A stretch of DNA of 64,000 bases from an uncultured delta proteobacterium (GTDB lineage: Bacteria; Desulfobacterota; Syntrophobacteria; BM002): positions 32,001 through 96,000 of the forward strand of contig CAVQGX010000043.1 of the NCBI GenBank assembly GCA_963712115.1, read 5' to 3'. The position numbers and the translations under genes are program-made. The notes below the pieces were generated by a model. It did no database searches. It was not told where the DNA came from and was given only the letters and a program-made list of their open reading frames with translations. This document shows positions 59,527-64,000 of the stretch, piece by piece; within the stretch, counting starts at the first letter, position 1; every line of letters starts with the position of its first letter.

Positions 59527-61035
59527 TTGGACAACAATTTAAACAGTAGCACTATCTCTAGTAAGGAACTAATTGCCAAGACAGGAATATCCAGGGCTAC
59601 TCTGAATAATTATATTTCCCTCAATCTTATTCCCTCTCCTGCAGTGCGCAGGCCAGAAGAGCCTGGTGGTCCGACAAAAATGGGGTATTTCCCTGTGTGG
59701 GTTGTGAAAAGGATCGAGAGAATTCAGGAGATGAAATCTTCTGGAATGAGGATGGCAGAAATAGCCCTCCACTTTATGGATGAGGGTACTGAAGGAAAAG
59801 AAGTCCCACGGCAAGGGGTGCTTGATTTTACCTATCAATCAATTGAGCGGATAGTTTTTCCTGCCATTCTGGTCAACTCAAGTTGGGAGATCATTTGGAT
59901 TAACCAAAGTGCCGAGAGGGTGTTTTTTCAAGAGTCTGTTCGTGAAATTCCTACCGCAGCAAACCGGAATATCTTGAGACTTTTCCTGGAGAAAGGTTTG
60001 CTGGGACGGTTTAAAAACTGGAAGGAAATCCTGACGCTGCATTTGCGTCTGGCTAAGCGGGATCTGACTGAGGACCGGGTCGAACAGATCTGTCGCCAGA
60101 TAGAAACTTGTCCTCTAGAAGAGCTGAAGGAATTATGGCGTGAGGCTGAAGCCTTGCAGGAACGGCCTATTACCCAGCAAGACTTGATTTTGAGGCCTTA
60201 CAAAGGCAAGAATAGCAGACATACGCTTTTTTCCACTGATTTTCGTGAGGGCACGCTGCTACTATATACCCCTGTTAACATGCAGCTGGACCAGATTTTA
60301 AACCTTCTTATGGGTAGAGAAAGGCTGGTCAAAGCTCTGCTGTCACGGCGAATTCCTTCCCTTACATCACTTTGTATTCTCGCTGGTCGTTTAGAGTCGA
60401 GCCTTCATCTTCGTACTGCCCTGCCCCCCCACGAGTATTTTGATTTAATCAACCAAGTCATTTTGACCTCCCACCAATGCTTCAAGGATCACGGTGGTAC
60501 GCCAGGCCGTTCAATTCAAGAAGGCGTGGTGTGCTTTTTTCTTTCAGCCCCTGATTCACCCAGGGAATACCTTCACTCAGCCATACAATGTGCTCAGACC
60601 CTGAAACAGATTATCGCCACTCTCGACAAGCGCTGGAAATACAAAAAGGTGTGGAAAAACACCTTGCAGATGAATATGTCCATTCACTGTGGTGAGGAGT
60701 GGCTGGGAACCATACCGTCATCACTGGCCTTCGATTTCACCGTTATGGGCGAAAGCCTGATAGAGTCGGTCAAACTAAGCGAATTTGCTGAGGGTGGCTC
60801 TATCTGGGCCAGCAAGAAAGTGATTGAAAACATGTCGCCAGGAGACCGTCAGCGAGTTGAATTCGGAGTTCGACTTGGAACCGGCCAAGAGAGGTTCGTC
60901 AGCCCAGGTATTTATTCTCAAGTAAAGGAACTGGTCAGCGGTGACGAACTGCATCAGAGAGGACTGAGGGAGATAAGTAACCTTGCAGTCACGGAGATAA
61001 TCAACGTCCACCCACCAGAAGAGCAAGATTTATAA
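59527..61035 (+). CDS. MerR-like HTH + PAS-like + degenerate class III nucleotide cyclase protein
   Basis: SSKELIAKTGISRATLNNY (HTH); PAILVN..WEI.WIN (PAS-like); IHCG...FTVMG (cyclase fold). Confidence 0.75.
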   Translation: MDNNLNSSTISSKELIAKTGISRATLNNYISLNLIPSPAVRRPEEPGGPTKMGYFPVWVVKRIERIQEMKSSGMRMAEIALHFMDEGTEGKEVPRQGVLDFTYQSIERIVFPAILVNSSWEIIWINQSAERVFFQESVREIPTAANRNILRLFLEKGLLGRFKNWKEILTLHLRLAKRDLTEDRVEQICRQIETCPLEELKELWREAEALQERPITQQDLILRPYKGKNSRHTLFSTDFREGTLLLYTPVNMQLDQILNLLMGRERLVKALLSRRIPSLTSLCILAGRLESSLHLRTALPPHEYFDLINQVILTSHQCFKDHGGTPGRSIQEGVVCFFLSAPDSPREYLHSAIQCAQTLKQIIATLDKRWKYKKVWKNTLQMNMSIHCGEEWLGTIPSSLAFDFTVMGESLIESVKLSEFAEGGSIWASKKVIENMSPGDRQRVEFGVRLGTGQERFVSPGIYSQVKELVSGDELHQRGLREISNLAVTEIINVHPPEEQDL

Positions 61036-61040
61036 TCTTT

Positions 61041-63047
61041 TTGTTTAAAGCTTCGAGAGTTTATCTCGTGATAACAAATGATTATACAGATAGCGTGGGT
61101 AACCCATTGAGGGGCAGAGCCAGCCTTGTTATCAGGCACATTGCGAAGGCCATGGGGTTAGGCGAACATAGGGTTTACTACGGTCTGGTCATGGCCTTCG
61201 GCCTCCTGTTCGTCCTTCCCAGCCTGGGTTTTATCAATTTTGCCTTCAAGTATGACTTTTTCGCCGACCGAGACATAACTTACTACTTTCTCTCCATCCT
61301 CATCTTTTCCTATCTGGGGTTTTTCATACTTCGCTCGCATGCAGATAGAATCCGTAGCATTTCCGAAAACTTGGAACTGTCGCTACCAGAGGTTCAGCAA
61401 GACTCCAGCAAAAAGCAGACGAGCGAGCTAAATCGGATTGTCTTTTCCTTTCATCAGTTGATCGAGAGATTGGAGAAAAACAATCAAGCGCTTGAATCAC
61501 GTGCATGGCAGCTTCGCTCCTTTGGAGAAGTAATGCAGCTTAGTCCGGCCACCCCGAATACCACTGGTCTATTGAAGTTGGGTTTGCAGAAGGCCTGCGA
61601 AGGAGTTGGTGCCGGACGGGGTTGGGTATTATTGCTGGACGAAAGCCGTCGACACCACTTCAAAGTTGCCTGTGAGGTGGATACAAACGGTGGCCGCCAG
61701 AGCCGAGAGGGGTTCAAAATTGCTTTCAGCGATACTAAGGCAAAAGATGCTGTGATCCAGCGAAGCCCGAGATTCCTTAGTGCGCCTTTCTGGCAGGAAG
61801 AGGTGAATGAGCCAGATGACCAGATGGTGGATGACAAGGGAATCGCGCTTGTTGTGCCTCTCATAACGGGTAGAGACGTGTTTGGTGTCATGTGTCTCGA
61901 GGATAAGCAAGGAAGCCTATCTTTTTCGCCCGCAGATCTCGACTATGTCCTGCCGTTGGCCGCTTTTCTCTCCTACCGTTACGAAAATATTAAGCTTAGG
62001 AAGCTAATCGCCACCCAGTCCAGTCAATACAATTGCCTCGCCGCCTTCAACAATATTTGCAATAAGGGGCTGGTGCAGGGAAAAGTGTTTCAGCTGTTAA
62101 TCAAAGAACTACAAAATTTTGTACCGGTAACTGTGTCCTTTCTAGCTCTTTTTGAAAACGCTCAAGAACAATTGAAACTATTGGAAGTGGCCTCTAAGGA
62201 ACCAATTTCACTTCGCCGAGGTATGGCTTTGCCTCTCAACCAGAGTCTCTTGAGGTTGGTGCTGGAGGAAAACAGGGAAATCTATCGAGAGGACGTCACC
62301 GGGAAAGTTCACCCTCTGGAAGCACGCTGGTTCCGAGAATTAGGTATCAACTCATGTTACCTGGCTCCCTTCCGTATTCAAGGTGTCAATGCTGGAATTC
62401 TGTTCGTCGGAAGCGATACAAAAAGAGGTTTTTCCGATCCTCAGCGAGTCATCTTGAAGCAAGCATGCGATTATCTAGGATTGGCCGTGCACAATCAGAT
62501 GCTCTTGCAGCAGAGAGATGAGCAAGGTCGGGAACTTGAAGCTTTCAACAGAATAGGAAATGTAGTGACTTCATCTCTATTTGATTTGGACGACGTTTTG
62601 GATAAGGTTGGAACCCTGATTGGCCAAATGATAACGGTTGAGGCTGGCGCCATTTATCTTCAGGAGAAGGACGGTCTAGCTGTCAAAAAAAGCTTTGGAA
62701 CCAAGGGAGACAGAATTGAGCCATTTCGGATGAAAAGGATCGAAGGAATATGCGGTTATGTGATGTCTCGGGGAGAATCTGTGCTCGTGCGAGATGCCTC
62801 ACAAAACCCTCACCTGTCCTCAATGGTCAGAGATTTCGGTGGAACAAAAGCACGTTCAATTTTATGTGTGCCTATGGTGGTTGGTGGAGAGGTGATAGGT
62901 GCAATTCATATGTGGAACAAGGAACAGGGCCCATTTACTGCTCATGATAATAAACTAATTAAATCAGTGGCCGCCAGCCTAGCAACAGCTGTTGCAGGTG
63001 CTAGGTTCCGCCAGATCTGCCACGATTTTACCATAAATGAGGTTTAG
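61041..63047 (+). CDS. membrane sensor with three GAF domains and no recognisable output domain
   Basis: Two TM helices; VVPL..GRDVFGVM, LAPF...GILFV and SILCVPM..GGEVIGAI. Confidence 0.75.
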   Translation: MFKASRVYLVITNDYTDSVGNPLRGRASLVIRHIAKAMGLGEHRVYYGLVMAFGLLFVLPSLGFINFAFKYDFFADRDITYYFLSILIFSYLGFFILRSHADRIRSISENLELSLPEVQQDSSKKQTSELNRIVFSFHQLIERLEKNNQALESRAWQLRSFGEVMQLSPATPNTTGLLKLGLQKACEGVGAGRGWVLLLDESRRHHFKVACEVDTNGGRQSREGFKIAFSDTKAKDAVIQRSPRFLSAPFWQEEVNEPDDQMVDDKGIALVVPLITGRDVFGVMCLEDKQGSLSFSPADLDYVLPLAAFLSYRYENIKLRKLIATQSSQYNCLAAFNNICNKGLVQGKVFQLLIKELQNFVPVTVSFLALFENAQEQLKLLEVASKEPISLRRGMALPLNQSLLRLVLEENREIYREDVTGKVHPLEARWFRELGINSCYLAPFRIQGVNAGILFVGSDTKRGFSDPQRVILKQACDYLGLAVHNQMLLQQRDEQGRELEAFNRIGNVVTSSLFDLDDVLDKVGTLIGQMITVEAGAIYLQEKDGLAVKKSFGTKGDRIEPFRMKRIEGICGYVMSRGESVLVRDASQNPHLSSMVRDFGGTKARSILCVPMVVGGEVIGAIHMWNKEQGPFTAHDNKLIKSVAASLATAVAGARFRQICHDFTINEV

Positions 63048-63129
63048 ACTTCGATAATAGTCCAGGTTTAATTCCTAGGATGTTTGGCAGTGTTTGAGTG
63101 ATGATAACCTGATGATTGGGAGGACCCCC

Positions 63130-63570
63130 ATGCAGAACTCCAACCTTGAATCACCTCGAGCTCACATTTTGCTTGTCGAACGGAATCGGGGTGCTCTTGA
63201 GCTCCTTGAAACAATGCTTTGTTGGAAGGGTTATCGGGTGACCACAGCCGTAGATGGTCTTGACGGTTTGGAGAAATTCCGTCTTGGACATTTCAACCTC
63301 ATTCTCACCAATCTTTCTACTTCAAGAATATCAGGCTGGGAGTTAGGCCGTATAGTCAAGAGCAGCCCATCTTCAGTGCCTGTGGCCCTGATTACCGGTC
63401 TGGATTTCGGCACCAGACCAGACCACTCCCCCTTCGATGCCATTATCCCCGAGCCCTTTCCCTTTGATGAATTAGAGTTTATGGTTAATTCGCTGATTGA
63501 ATGTCGGAATGGAGGAGCTGCACCGGCAAACTCAGCAAAGAGCGTGCCGCTGGAGGAAGGCAGATTATGA
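63130..63570 (+). CDS. receiver-domain protein (pseudo-receiver)
   Basis: CheY-like layout ILLV...GYRV..A.DG...LIL...SGWEL...PVALITG; key residues substituted. Confidence 0.75.
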   Translation: MQNSNLESPRAHILLVERNRGALELLETMLCWKGYRVTTAVDGLDGLEKFRLGHFNLILTNLSTSRISGWELGRIVKSSPSSVPVALITGLDFGTRPDHSPFDAIIPEPFPFDELEFMVNSLIECRNGGAAPANSAKSVPLEEGRL

Positions 63571-64000
63571 TTGCTCCTTTGCGCGGTTATTCAGATATGA
63601 GATGAGCGATTTCTCAACTTCCTTTATTTCCTTTAGCGCAGGCAGATTACTGCAAAGCCTCTCAACATAATGTCTTTCTAGTACCTCACGGCATGAGATC
63701 GAAAAGTTGAGGTCAAATACCCATCCAAGGCGTAACAATATCATGTCGTTTCGGTTTTGCACTGAGCTAAAGTCCGGGATCTTTCTCTCCATAAGTTCAG
63801 TCACTATTCCACGGTTGAAAGAATTGCTAGTAGGTATGACACCCTCTAGGGTTTCCAATAGGTTACCATGTCCTTCCAGTTCGGTGATGACCACGCGCCA
63901 TATGTCCAGCTTGTCTGCATCCCGGAGGAGTCGGGAAAAAAAATCCTGCCTTTGGGAGAGATTCAGAGGTAGTTTTCGCACATTGTGATGGCGAATTGCT
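63565..64000 (-). CDS. HD-domain protein, C-terminal part (runs off the window end)
   Basis: AIRHHN...LLRDADKLDIW. Confidence 0.7.
   Translation of the reverse strand, partial: AIRHHNVRKLPLNLSQRQDFFSRLLRDADKLDIWRVVITELEGHGNLLETLEGVIPTSNSFNRGIVTELMERKIPDFSSVQNRNDMILLRLGWVFDLNFSISCREVLERHYVERLCSNLPALKEIKEVEKSLISYLNNRAKEQS

Overview
This window looks like chromosomal DNA from a sulfate/sulfite-reducing Desulfobacterota (deltaproteobacterial) organism. It carries a reductive-type dsr locus in an unusual order: dsrD has its own promoter upstream of dsrA-dsrB-dsrN-dsrC, and both promoters carry an identical Rex-like box. Also present are hisC-cmk-rpsA-sppA, putA, two LIV/HAAT-type ABC transporters, a phenylacetate-CoA ligase + iorAB cluster and many housekeeping or hypothetical genes. 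Intergenic regions hold many non-autonomous palindromic elements: TIR-bounded MITE-like elements and heptamer-periodic hairpins. The top signal is an unannotated 27-aa leader peptide with eight consecutive Tyr/Phe codons (YYYFFYYF). It sits in a complete 1:2 / 2:3 / 3:4 attenuator in front of the ABC transporter-paaK-iorAB cluster, which suggests Phe/Tyr-controlled aryl-acid salvage for aromatic amino acid synthesis. Other candidates are an orphan rod-shaped ncRNA with its own promoter and terminator, and an HTH-pseudocyclase/GAF/pseudo-receiver module preceded by a five-site operator array. No rRNA, tRNA or CRISPR array was recognised. All calls come from reading the sequence by eye; no searches were run.
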